Shown piece by piece: positions 18,901 through 27,774 of a stretch of DNA of 32,000 bases. This stretch comes from Methanopyrus kandleri AV19 (GTDB lineage Archaea > JAADCQ01 > Methanopyri > Methanopyrales > Methanopyraceae): contig NC_003551.1 of assembly GCF_000007185.1 (NCBI RefSeq), forward strand, positions 1,110,001 to 1,142,000, given 5' to 3'. Within the stretch, counting starts at the first letter, position 1. The number at the start of each line of letters is the position of its first letter. The notes under the pieces were generated by a model. That model searched no databases, was not told where the DNA came from, and worked only from the letters and a program-made list of their open reading frames with translations. Position numbers and translations under genes: made by a program.

Positions 18901-20821
18901 CCACGCGAGCGGGGCGAACGCGGTCGAAGTCCTACTGTACGACCTCGAGAAGCACGGTACGATCACGGTGATCAACCGGTCGAGCACTCTCTCCAGTGCT
19001 AGCACGCTCGATTACGCGCTACCCGAGGGTGTCGAGCTCGCCGCGGAGGTCGTCGGCGGGAGGTACCTCGTCGACGAGGGTAGGCTCACCCTGAACGTTC
19101 GAACCCTCGTGAGCCCGATCGACGTCACGGTGCGTCGGATCATCGCCCGCGTCCTGGACGACTTGGGTGAAATCCTCGGGGAGACGGTGAAGACCGTCGA
19201 GTTGGGACCCGGGATCCACGAGCTCACCCTGCCAATCGAAGTCCGCGTGCACCGAGAGTGCGGTCGCCTCCGGTTACAAGCCCTCGCCGAGTTCGATCAC
19301 GGTACGATCGTGAGAGATCCCGGGGAAGGACCCGTCCCCAACCCGGCCTCGCGCACGATCGAGTTCTCGTACTCGGCCCCGAGCGTCCGCGTGGTGGACC
19401 GGGGGATCGACTGGGTATTACTCGAAGTGACGACTCGGGAGGGTGGTGAACTCGTCGTTCACGTGAACGGTCGGAAGGCCTGGTACTATCTCAAGCGGTC
19501 GAGGGGTGGTGATTGGGAGGGCCCGTACGATCCGACGAGCGTGGGCCCGAACCGTACCGTGCTCGTCCTCGTCCCGGGTGTCCCACCAGAAGGTAGGATC
19601 TCAGTGGTCCTGGGCGGGCGGCTCGAGAGGGTTCGCTCCGTGGAGTACGCGCTTCCCAGTGTAATCGCGCGGGTTGATGTAGAGGACGTCTCGGTGAGCG
19701 GGGAGAAGGTGATCGCGATGATCTCCCTGTGGTTGGAGGTTCTGGGGACTACGGTGAGAAGCATTGGGGTAAGCGTGGACGGCGTGAAGTCGTGGTCGGT
19801 GAGCGCGCTCGAGGACGGTGAACCCCTGCGATTGGACGACCTGGAGCTCGGTGAGGGAGTACATCTGGTCAGGTTATCCATCAAGTTCGTGCCGAAGGAG
19901 CGGGCTGGTACGGTCCCCGTAACCCTGAGGGTCCAGTACGAGGGTGACTCCACGTTCGACCCGGGACGCCGCGAGTTCGTGGAGAGTCCTCTCGTCCTGA
20001 CCTTGAACGTACCCTACGTCCTACCTCAACGGCAGACCTCGAAGGAGTCCGGACCGAGGGGTGGGAGTCCTAAGGTCCCCGAGCGCGGTGGGACCGCAGT
20101 GGACCGAGGGAGCACGACCGCCGGGGAGTCCGGCACCGGGCGGAGCGCCGTCACCGAACCTACGCACGCCTCGACTCGAGTCGAGAGGAGACCGTCCAAC
20201 GAGGAGAGACCGCACGTCGTACGACCCACCCCACCGACCCGATTCCCAATTAGACCCGTCCGGACCGAGACGGGGCACGAGGTCAAGCCGAAGCCCCTCG
20301 AGAAGCTTCCCGAGGCTCTTCCACACCCTTCGAGCTCCCTCCCCGACACCCTCGAAGCGCGGTTGACCCCCGTGCTGGTGAGCCTGTTCGACAGGTTATG
20401 GGACCTGCTCACGAGTCTCCTCTCCCAACCCACGATCACGGGCCACGCCGAGGGTGAACCCACCGCGAAGGTAACCCGGCGTCCCATCGAACACGCGCCG
20501 AGCGAGCCCTCGAGACCCCGAACTCCGACGGGGAGCGCGGCCCTCCAGGGTCCACCCCACGGTACGACCGTACCCCAAGGATACCACCGCGTGGGAGCCC
20601 TCTCGGCGCACGCGCCTCACACCTTCCGGGAAGTGGAAATCCTTAAAACACGAACCCGGGGTTACGCTTACGCAGAGGGAACATCCAGAGTCTCGCGGTC
20701 GCTCACCCGCCTACCACCCACGGGCGTCAACCTGCTAGCCCTCCTCCTGAGCGTATTCGGCGCGCTAACCGGCCTGTACTTGACCCATAGGTCGGTTCGG
20801 GGTGGGGAGGGCGGTGAGTAG
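15914..20821 (+). CDS. Giant predicted secreted, C-terminally anchored surface protein with tandem beta-rich modules
   Basis: 1635 aa. Signal-like N-terminus (LRVASVIIWLLWISPPASGYVCW), beta-propeller-like N-terminal third, then repeated DYGxxW(V/L)xLR... / Ig-like modules (DYG at 18131, 18761 and DRG at about 19396, spacing about 210 aa), Pro/Ser/Thr-rich stretch, and C-terminal TM (GVNLLALLLSVFGALTGLYL) with a short basic tail. Confidence 0.9.
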   Translation: MSRLRVASVIIWLLWISPPASGYVCWSVPVGESVTSVESCGDAAVLVTSSNRVLVAELDASSVRLSEVLNFHLPSGTKVVSVMRSGLGLVFDAGRILDDGIEVYRGVLTHGDRGWRGELVRTVAKFEEISQRVKSGEWRVLEVSNLASDRTGGLYAAALLESVDGDLIVEVWNLPERSVIADFSATEVRRLAIGDEGTLLVACGDGVAVVDGRNVRFVTVPGVVIDMVGRWVLYEDWLGYALGEVTTSGLRELVRLPGPAHRVTVWSTGGDAYILAYGGNIVYVVDPEDRTVVTVLDLPGRVEFLAPPFVVYSGKIGVLYLAKIMVQLEEGLCPAVKTWFVWLDWCAVYIVDRKVPAIYKVVEVRDKLGPNWIKTRSGGVTFWYKRVFLKRVWPRHPTELHLDDIGIVVIGERNSKIRVYCLDERTEEVLKNLLRSPDVCDILNVYPGSAVFIVDFKWRDQRIPAFRFVRKSGWLVTGFIDEDDVCPNSDYDDVVLSVPISPLTAAHSGMPVIPLLYGKDWVLLSALLPNFDWCWDKTSELKVFVNGKESEFYVVDWSNKTIRGPFTKLKLKIGKDKQLFILLRGLSEPESIRIVLKRPLGPVYEGYTEYAPPKVSISRPSARLVEYNAKEDKVTVAVSAEVSVRNTVIRRLTIEVFDLFGRTLTRKVMGPLPPGKHHIEKRLSFMPPEHGPLKIILLAEYDGDLVIVSDREFVLRAEPERAELTVSYERPGRLTARVLDYGRDWVELRVESEEPGNLHLEDSKGRPVPYYVLEGNELSGPYDGEHPLELGTTPVILILRDLKPGEAYRFKLIREGRIPTAFELECALPEANLDVELLSGTLEGRSLTLKFSVRGSTVNSTFKRLNLVLREDDRILWREEVDLDNTTWFDLPFETTVEVGGDEGTLTLEVTAHYDHDTVLPEGNEFEVREAPARRVLRIAYGRPHVELEDYGLNWLLLRILPWRPGDLLVRVNGKPVTYYVKHGNEFEKHSEDDPYHASGANAVEVLLYDLEKHGTITVINRSSTLSSASTLDYALPEGVELAAEVVGGRYLVDEGRLTLNVRTLVSPIDVTVRRIIARVLDDLGEILGETVKTVELGPGIHELTLPIEVRVHRECGRLRLQALAEFDHGTIVRDPGEGPVPNPASRTIEFSYSAPSVRVVDRGIDWVLLEVTTREGGELVVHVNGRKAWYYLKRSRGGDWEGPYDPTSVGPNRTVLVLVPGVPPEGRISVVLGGRLERVRSVEYALPSVIARVDVEDVSVSGEKVIAMISLWLEVLGTTVRSIGVSVDGVKSWSVSALEDGEPLRLDDLELGEGVHLVRLSIKFVPKERAGTVPVTLRVQYEGDSTFDPGRREFVESPLVLTLNVPYVLPQRQTSKESGPRGGSPKVPERGGTAVDRGSTTAGESGTGRSAVTEPTHASTRVERRPSNEERPHVVRPTPPTRFPIRPVRTETGHEVKPKPLEKLPEALPHPSSSLPDTLEARLTPVLVSLFDRLWDLLTSLLSQPTITGHAEGEPTAKVTRRPIEHAPSEPSRPRTPTGSAALQGPPHGTTVPQGYHRVGALSAHAPHTFREVEILKTRTRGYAYAEGTSRVSRSLTRLPPTGVNLLALLLSVFGALTGLYLTHRSVRGGEGGE

Positions 20822-23800
20822 GCTCCTCCCCGTGGTCCTGTTCCTAGCCTTGGTATCGGTCGTGCCCGTGGGCGTTCAAGCCCAGTCGTTCAAAGTCTGG
20901 GTCGAGGTGGAACCCTCGGTCCACACGTTCCTCGGGGCCAGCGTGTACCTCGTGGATAACGAGCACAAGGCGTTATACTCCCTGGGCGAATACAGTACCG
21001 TGATGGAAAAGTCCAAACAGCAGACTCAACCGCGACCACTCTACCCGAAGGATCGGAGCGAACCCCTCGGAGAACTCGACCTCGACGCCCTCGGCGTCGC
21101 CGTCTCGTGCTGGTTCGGGGGCGTCGGTTGCTCGGACGATCGGACCATGCGAACCCTCCTCCAGGTACTCGAGATGGACGACGAGGTCCGCGCGCGAGTC
21201 CTCGGGAACGTCTGCCCCACTCTAACCATGTTCGGGAACGTGCCCGTGCACGTGACCGAGTGTCGCGTCGAGAGGACCGAGAACACACTCACCTTCAAAT
21301 TCACCCACTACGGGATCACCGTCAGGATCGTCAAGAGCGAGCTCAAGGTGCAAGTCACCGACTACGGGAGGGACTGGTTACTACTCCACGTCGAACCACC
21401 CTCGAGCGGGAAGCTCTCGATCGAGGAGAACGGTGAGACACTGGCCTTCCACACGCTGACCTCCGACGGGACCCTCTCCGGACCGTACACCGTGCTCGAG
21501 GTGGAGGAAGGCCGCCCCCTCGATCTAGTCGTTAAGGACCTCGAGCCCGGTGAGAAGAGCGCCCTCGATGTAGTCCTTGAGGACGACCTGGGCATCACGG
21601 TCAGGAAACGCGTCGAGTACGCGCTACCACTGGTGAACATCGAGAGCCTCACCGTGGAACCGGGTAACCCGCTCAGAGTGAAGCTCAGGCTGAGCGTGAA
21701 GAACACGATGGTTAAGAGGATCACCGTACGAGTCGTGGACTGCACTACCGGCGGGGTGCTCACCGAGCGGGCGTTCGACGTCGGATTGTCCGAGGGCGAG
21801 CACGAGCTCGAGTACTCGATAGAAACCCCGAACACCACGGACCCGCTCGCCGTGTTCGCCGCGATCGAGTACGATCACGGTACCACGCTGGAGGGCGAGA
21901 AGTTCGAGCCCGTAGAAACCCCCGCGCAGGACTTCACCACGATCGTACCCTCGACAGGCACGCCCGAGGTCATGCTCGACGTCGAGACCCCGGAACGAGC
22001 CCATCTGGGACTACCCGTCGAGATGACGGTACACGTTCGGCTAGGCCGGATCCCACTCTCCACGGGAGAAATCCGAGTAACCACCGAGGACGGGAAAACC
22101 CTCGCCCGAACCACCGTCTCGAACGGCGAGGCGAGAATGCTCATCCTCCCCACTCACACTGGCGACGTGGAACTCCACATCGAGTACTACCTAGGCTCGA
22201 GGAAACTGGCCGAGAGGGAACTCACCCTCCACGTCTCGAACGAGTTCCACGGGTTCACCGCCGACATCGTGAGCCCGGGCAACCTGGGCTCCCTGGGCTA
22301 CGACCTCCGCGGGTCGTACATCCCCGAGAGGAAATACCCCGCGAAGGACGAGCCCATGTTGTACATCTACAGGACCTGGTGGGATGAATACTACCCGTTC
22401 CTCGTCCAACCCGCGGACCGCCCGAACGCCCTCCTCGCGAACGGCCTGAAGATCACCCTACCCGAACCCGCCGACACCGTGTACATGCTAACCCTACCAG
22501 TACGCGTCCACTACCCGATCAGGGTCACGATCGAGGACTCGAGCGGGGAGCGCGTGACCAGGAAACTCTGGTGGCTGAACTGGGACTGGCAATGGTGGTG
22601 GGACCACGGTTGGAGCGTGTACCACCTCAGGCTCACGGCCCGAGACCTCGGTCTAAAGGACATCACCGAACTCGAGTTCGACGTGCCGAACGGACTCCTC
22701 TGGATCCTCGCGCTGACCTACCGCTCGGGCGACGCGTACAAGGCCCTGATCGAACCCGGAAAGGGCGTGACCCTCTACCGCGAGCCCGGACCGGTCGAGA
22801 TCGAGCTCGAGGGCTGGCCCGCGGGCTCGGACCACGAGGTAGTCTGGAGGAAGGTCGGGGACGAGTGGATCCCCTTCTACCTGTGCCCGAAGGATCACCC
22901 AAACGCACTCCCCGCAGACCACCTACTCCTCCACATACCCCACGACGCCGACCGAGCCTACATCCTACTCTACGCGCGCGAGGACACGACCGCCGAGTAC
23001 GGTATCCTAACACTCAAGACCACCGTCCCGCTCGAACTCCCCTGGAAGTCGAACGTACCACGCTCCGACGACTTCGACCACCTGGCAGTCCTCGAGATCC
23101 CCTGCAAACCGAGCTCGCTAGCACGATCACGCGGTAGGGTGCTCCTCGTCAACGCCCCGAACGCGTACGTCATCGCCATCACCTACCACCTGGGGGACAA
23201 GTACGAGGCACACGCTCCAGACGGCGAGAAAATCACCCTCACGAGCAAGGACCTCCCACACTACCACAACGCGAACATCCTCCGAGAGACCATCGACTCC
23301 GAGGAGCACGGGTTACCACCCGAACTCTGGCACGAGGGCGTAGCCTACCACTGGCTCCCCGTACCCGGGACAGTACTCCACGTGCAAATCCCCTTCTACC
23401 TCGCGCCGAAGGACGCCGAGAACGCGATCAAGGTCGAGAACGACCTGAAGATCCAACTCCCCGAGGGGACCAAGGCCGTCTACCTCCTCTACATCGCGAC
23501 CGACCAACGCGACCCCAAGGACCGCCCCGCGAGCAAGTACCACCTCGAGATCACCCTCGACGACGGGCGGACCGTCCAAGCCATCGTACTACTACCCGAT
23601 TATCTAGCGCTCACTCGGGACCCGAGTACGGCCCTACTAGCCATGGACTACGCGCGCACGAACCCCACGGGCTTAATCCTCATCACCCAACGACCCGCCT
23701 GGCACCTCCCGGTACTACTCAAGGACGACCAACCCGAGGAGGCGCACGCGTACGCCTGGGTCCTAACGATCGCGACGGGCGAGGAGCACACGATCCGCGA

Positions 23801-26363
23801 GCTCACCCTCCACCCACCCGAGACCGGCCGACTCTACCTCCTGGCGATCACGGCACAGGCGAAGGACGCTAGACTATACGCCGTCCTCGGGCCGGGACAG
23901 TGGGTCGAGTTGAGCCCGCCCGGGGAGGTCTGGCACGGTCACACGGTGGACGTCGTCCACCCGGGTGAGACTCGAGAGCAGTTGCCGATCGAGGCATGGC
24001 ACCGGCGGGTCCTCGTCAAGACCCCGGACGAGGCGATACCCCTGCTCCTAGCCCGCCCGGACGGTCCGAACGCGACCCCGATCGCGACCCGAGAGTCGAC
24101 TCTTAACATAATCCTACCCAAACCCGCGGACGCCGTGTACTTGCTGTACCTAGCGACCGATTACGAGGAGGCGAGCACGCCGCCCACGCTACCCCTACTC
24201 GCCCTCCTCGACGATGGGAAACTAACCGGGACACTCGTCCGGATCGCTCCCGCGGATCGGAAGCCCTCGGACCTCCTACCCGCCCTCGCCTGGGCCGAAC
24301 CACTCGTCGAGGAGGGTGAGGACCTCACCGTCCGACAGGCACCCGTCATCACGTGGGATCGCGTGTATAAGCCCACGGGGACGGTAGTGCTCGAGGGTCG
24401 GACCGCCTGGCTGCTCGAGCTCAAGCCCGAGCACGGGAGGATCAAGGCCCTGACCTTCCTGCCCACCGACACGCGGCTCACGGTGTACCTCCTCGCCGTG
24501 ACCCTCCGCATTGGAGATTACTACTACGCGCTCGAGGGCGGGAAGACCATCCGCCCACTGGACGCGGGTGAGGCCGATACTACAATCGAGACCGCTTGGA
24601 AGCCCGAGCGCGCGCCCGAACTGCCGAGGACGTTCTCATGGCCCGGGTTCTCGGTGGACCCGGCCGAGAAACCCTACGATTATCGTCATCACGTGCGCGT
24701 GCTCGAGGACGAGGTCGTGATCACCCTCGGGGACGAGCCGGTACCGGTGCGGCTGACGGGTAGGCTGGCGCCCGTGGTACGCCGGGAGGTCGAACTACCC
24801 GAGCCCGCGGACGCGGTCTACCTGCTTTACCTGACCGGGCACGCTCCGTCCACTTCGCCGGCCCGACTCCTCGTCGAGTACGAGGACGGTGGCAGGGCGC
24901 TCGTCCTCGTCAATCTAGCGAGCGAGGTGGGATTGTACGAGAGTCCGGCTCGAACCGTGAGTGCGTGGGTTAGGCCCGTCCTCGGTTGGCACAACGGGGC
25001 GCCTACAGTGGTCCAACAGCCCGCGCTCGAGCTCGAACGCGATGATGGTAAGAGAGTACGCGCTTGGTTCCTCAAGGTCCAAGCACCACCCGGTCAGAGG
25101 ATCAAGAAGCTCGTCCTCCTAGACCGACCACCACGAGCCCGAGCCTGGCTCCTAGGACTAACGTACCGGGTTGGGAGTGAATACTACGCGCTGTTAGAAC
25201 CGGGTAAAGGCGAGTTATTGGACGAGCTCAAGGTGAGGGTTAAGCTCGGTGACCAGGCGATCGACCTCACCGAGCCTAGCCTATTGCTAATCCACACGAC
25301 CCGAGAAGACTTAGAATACTCGATCATCGACTTGAGAAACCCGGTATTACCCCCGGAGTGGAAGCGAGCACCACCGGTTAGTGAGGTCACCGTGGAGTAC
25401 GGTCCTAGAATACTGCGCACTGTCAAGCTAGAAGGCGAGTCCTACCTAGCGGTATTATGCCTACCACCCGGGTTCGAGTACTCCCCAGAGGACTTTACCA
25501 AATGGGCCCAAGCACTAGCCGAGCTCAAGGATAGGGTTAAACAAGATGAGAAAGATGAGAAATTAGCCCTAGTAGTGCTAACGAGCTCACTACCGATCCT
25601 CGAAGCTTATTACTACGATCAGGTGATAAGCAAGCTCTGTGAGGATTACAAGGCGAGTTGGGTTAGGATATTACCCGGTGTGATCATCGCGCAGGTTACG
25701 ATCGAGAAACGGAGTGATAACAAAGTCCGACTGGGACTCTCCCTGGACACGCCTACCGTCCTACTCGGGGTTGAATTTTACGCGGACCCGGTGACACAAC
25801 GAGCACTCAACACTAGGGCTTCGATACTAACACAAGTCATTGAGAACTATGTAGTTTCCAAAATCACCGGAGAACCGTACTATAGTGAGGAAGAATGGGC
25901 TTTATTACCTGATAATGTTAGACAAGATTTGGAGAAAATACTGAAGGAGCTAGGAGTAGAACCACACGGGGAGACTAACAAACAATCCTCAATACAAGAA
26001 CTGATAGAAGGAGAAATACCAGAATACAACCCAACAACAGGAACGATAGAAATAGAGGTAGAAAAGAAGAAAGGAGTAGCAGGTGTTGCGTTATGGTTGA
26101 TATCTACGTGGCTTTCCTTAATCGATGTCGCTTCAAGTCCTCCTCATGAGTGGTGGGAATGGTTCCTTTTAGGTTTAAGTATGGGGGTTATTGGTTGGCT
26201 TGGAACAATCCATATTGGATTTGCAATTATTTCAATTGGGATTTCTATATTCATCATATGGTACGAATATCGCGAATACGGTTCTACTCCATCCCCGTTT
26301 GGATGGGCTAGTTTAGCAATATCCATCGGGTCGACTATTAAGGATATCATGAAGATGTTATAA
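20802..26363 (+). CDS. Giant predicted secreted/membrane surface protein with multiple PxPADAVYLLYL / LLALTYRxGDxYYAL modules
   Basis: 1853 aa, GTG start inside the previous ORF (20-nt overlap). Signal-like VSRLLPVVLFLALVSVVPVGVQAQ, one DYGRDWLLL module (about 21359) shared with the upstream protein, five downstream modules, hydrophobic C-terminus. Confidence 0.9.
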   Translation: MGRAVSRLLPVVLFLALVSVVPVGVQAQSFKVWVEVEPSVHTFLGASVYLVDNEHKALYSLGEYSTVMEKSKQQTQPRPLYPKDRSEPLGELDLDALGVAVSCWFGGVGCSDDRTMRTLLQVLEMDDEVRARVLGNVCPTLTMFGNVPVHVTECRVERTENTLTFKFTHYGITVRIVKSELKVQVTDYGRDWLLLHVEPPSSGKLSIEENGETLAFHTLTSDGTLSGPYTVLEVEEGRPLDLVVKDLEPGEKSALDVVLEDDLGITVRKRVEYALPLVNIESLTVEPGNPLRVKLRLSVKNTMVKRITVRVVDCTTGGVLTERAFDVGLSEGEHELEYSIETPNTTDPLAVFAAIEYDHGTTLEGEKFEPVETPAQDFTTIVPSTGTPEVMLDVETPERAHLGLPVEMTVHVRLGRIPLSTGEIRVTTEDGKTLARTTVSNGEARMLILPTHTGDVELHIEYYLGSRKLAERELTLHVSNEFHGFTADIVSPGNLGSLGYDLRGSYIPERKYPAKDEPMLYIYRTWWDEYYPFLVQPADRPNALLANGLKITLPEPADTVYMLTLPVRVHYPIRVTIEDSSGERVTRKLWWLNWDWQWWWDHGWSVYHLRLTARDLGLKDITELEFDVPNGLLWILALTYRSGDAYKALIEPGKGVTLYREPGPVEIELEGWPAGSDHEVVWRKVGDEWIPFYLCPKDHPNALPADHLLLHIPHDADRAYILLYAREDTTAEYGILTLKTTVPLELPWKSNVPRSDDFDHLAVLEIPCKPSSLARSRGRVLLVNAPNAYVIAITYHLGDKYEAHAPDGEKITLTSKDLPHYHNANILRETIDSEEHGLPPELWHEGVAYHWLPVPGTVLHVQIPFYLAPKDAENAIKVENDLKIQLPEGTKAVYLLYIATDQRDPKDRPASKYHLEITLDDGRTVQAIVLLPDYLALTRDPSTALLAMDYARTNPTGLILITQRPAWHLPVLLKDDQPEEAHAYAWVLTIATGEEHTIRELTLHPPETGRLYLLAITAQAKDARLYAVLGPGQWVELSPPGEVWHGHTVDVVHPGETREQLPIEAWHRRVLVKTPDEAIPLLLARPDGPNATPIATRESTLNIILPKPADAVYLLYLATDYEEASTPPTLPLLALLDDGKLTGTLVRIAPADRKPSDLLPALAWAEPLVEEGEDLTVRQAPVITWDRVYKPTGTVVLEGRTAWLLELKPEHGRIKALTFLPTDTRLTVYLLAVTLRIGDYYYALEGGKTIRPLDAGEADTTIETAWKPERAPELPRTFSWPGFSVDPAEKPYDYRHHVRVLEDEVVITLGDEPVPVRLTGRLAPVVRREVELPEPADAVYLLYLTGHAPSTSPARLLVEYEDGGRALVLVNLASEVGLYESPARTVSAWVRPVLGWHNGAPTVVQQPALELERDDGKRVRAWFLKVQAPPGQRIKKLVLLDRPPRARAWLLGLTYRVGSEYYALLEPGKGELLDELKVRVKLGDQAIDLTEPSLLLIHTTREDLEYSIIDLRNPVLPPEWKRAPPVSEVTVEYGPRILRTVKLEGESYLAVLCLPPGFEYSPEDFTKWAQALAELKDRVKQDEKDEKLALVVLTSSLPILEAYYYDQVISKLCEDYKASWVRILPGVIIAQVTIEKRSDNKVRLGLSLDTPTVLLGVEFYADPVTQRALNTRASILTQVIENYVVSKITGEPYYSEEEWALLPDNVRQDLEKILKELGVEPHGETNKQSSIQELIEGEIPEYNPTTGTIEIEVEKKKGVAGVALWLISTWLSLIDVASSPPHEWWEWFLLGLSMGVIGWLGTIHIGFAIISIGISIFIIWYEYREYGSTPSPFGWASLAISIGSTIKDIMKML

Positions 26364-26411
26364 ATGATATATTATAATGACGCCACTGGTAGTGCTTTGG
26401 GTGGTGTTCTC

Positions 26412-27101
26412 ATGAGCGTTCGAACCGTGTCACTGCTCACGTTGTTGTTACTGATTGCACCGGTGGCAGCTGATATCCCACCTCACGCCTCCGAGAAGGA
26501 GCTGGAGGATCCGAACTGGTGGTGGGAACATCATCGGGGACCCGTTTGGGCGACCCGGTACCCGGAAGTCTGGAACAAGATCGTGCTCAAGTACGAGGAT
26601 CCGGAAGATCGGGAGAAGGTCTCGAAGTTAGGAGAGGCACTCCGTCATCCCCCGAGAGGGTTTGAGCTTTGGATATGGTTCATACTGGGGATGGCGTTAG
26701 TGCTACCGCCTGCCTCGCGAGTCGGATTTCTTAAGTTCTTTAAGTACAAGACGTGGGAGGCTCCTGAGTGGCTGATCCAATACTGTGGGACGATAATCCT
26801 GAGTATGGCCTACCTCGCGATCATCGCGATGGGTAGGGCTTACGTCCTCAATTGTTCCGTGTACTACGTGATGATCGGGAAGCTCAGTGAGGCTTACCGG
26901 ACGTTTTACCTATGGACGGCGTACGCCGAGCCGTTCCTTCTAGCATTCAACGCGGCTATACCGTTGATCCTAGTGTCCAAGCTCGAGTTGCCGTACCGTC
27001 GGCTTAAGGCGGGTATCCTGATCGCGTGGCTGGCGTCTCTGGTGCTGAACGTTCACATGCACTCCGAAAGTCTCACACTGTTATCGACCCTCGGGGGATG
27101 A
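26412..27101 (+). CDS. Signal-peptide-bearing multi-TM protein, unknown function (paralogue A)
   Basis: MSVRTVSLLTLLLLIAPVAADIPPHASEKELEDPNWWWEHHRGPVWATRYPEVWNKIVLKYEDPEDREKVSKLGEALRHPP followed by four hydrophobic segments. Track ORF extends upstream to 26364 but the signal peptide begins at 26412. Confidence 0.8.
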   Translation: MSVRTVSLLTLLLLIAPVAADIPPHASEKELEDPNWWWEHHRGPVWATRYPEVWNKIVLKYEDPEDREKVSKLGEALRHPPRGFELWIWFILGMALVLPPASRVGFLKFFKYKTWEAPEWLIQYCGTIILSMAYLAIIAMGRAYVLNCSVYYVMIGKLSEAYRTFYLWTAYAEPFLLAFNAAIPLILVSKLELPYRRLKAGILIAWLASLVLNVHMHSESLTLLSTLGG

Positions 27102-27104
27102 TGG

Positions 27105-27752
27105 TTGGGCCACTCGGTAGTTCTAGCACTATCGATCATCTTCGTCGTCGCGCTGTGCCCATGCCATGCGGGGTCGTGGAGCGTCGATCCCGAGATCGTC
27201 GAGCATCCGTGGTTGTGGAACCGGTACGTGGTCAGTAAGTACCACGATCCGGTCGAACGGTCGAAGGTGGTCGGTCTCCGAGAGGAGCTGCTGGATTACC
27301 GGAAGGCGCGCGTGACGGTGGTATTCCTGTGTACGGGCGTTTGGGTCATCGGGATCGCACTCCTACTGGTGAAGAACAGGAGGGCCCCCAAGGAAGCGTT
27401 AACGGAACACTTCTTCCGGTTGGCGTCCCCACTGGGCTTCGCCGGTCTCGCCATCGTTATAGCATCGATTGGGGAGTTCAACGCACTCCTCGCTCTGTCC
27501 AAGGGTGAGGGTTATCGGGTTGCGGTCGAGACGATCCGCGCGTACGGCGTGTACGGGCCCGCGGTGATCGCCCTATTAGCGATCGCCGTAATACTCGTGA
27601 CGGTATCCCGGCGTGCTCCGAAGGTCGACCTACCCTTCCTACCCAAGACGGGCTTACCCCTCAGCAGGGTATCGGCCATCATAGCCTGGACGTCGGTACT
27701 ACTCACGTCCGCGCTCATAATCTCGTACACCGTAGAACTGTTCTCAAGGTAG
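27105..27752 (+). CDS. Signal-peptide-bearing multi-TM protein, unknown function (paralogue B)
   Basis: TTG start, LALSIIFVVALCPCHAGSWSVDPEIVEHPWLWNRYVVSKYHDPVERSKVVGLREELLDYR aligns with the post-signal region of the preceding protein. Confidence 0.8.
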   Translation: MGHSVVLALSIIFVVALCPCHAGSWSVDPEIVEHPWLWNRYVVSKYHDPVERSKVVGLREELLDYRKARVTVVFLCTGVWVIGIALLLVKNRRAPKEALTEHFFRLASPLGFAGLAIVIASIGEFNALLALSKGEGYRVAVETIRAYGVYGPAVIALLAIAVILVTVSRRAPKVDLPFLPKTGLPLSRVSAIIAWTSVLLTSALIISYTVELFSR

Positions 27753-27774
27753 ATCGCGCGATAGACTGCGACGG

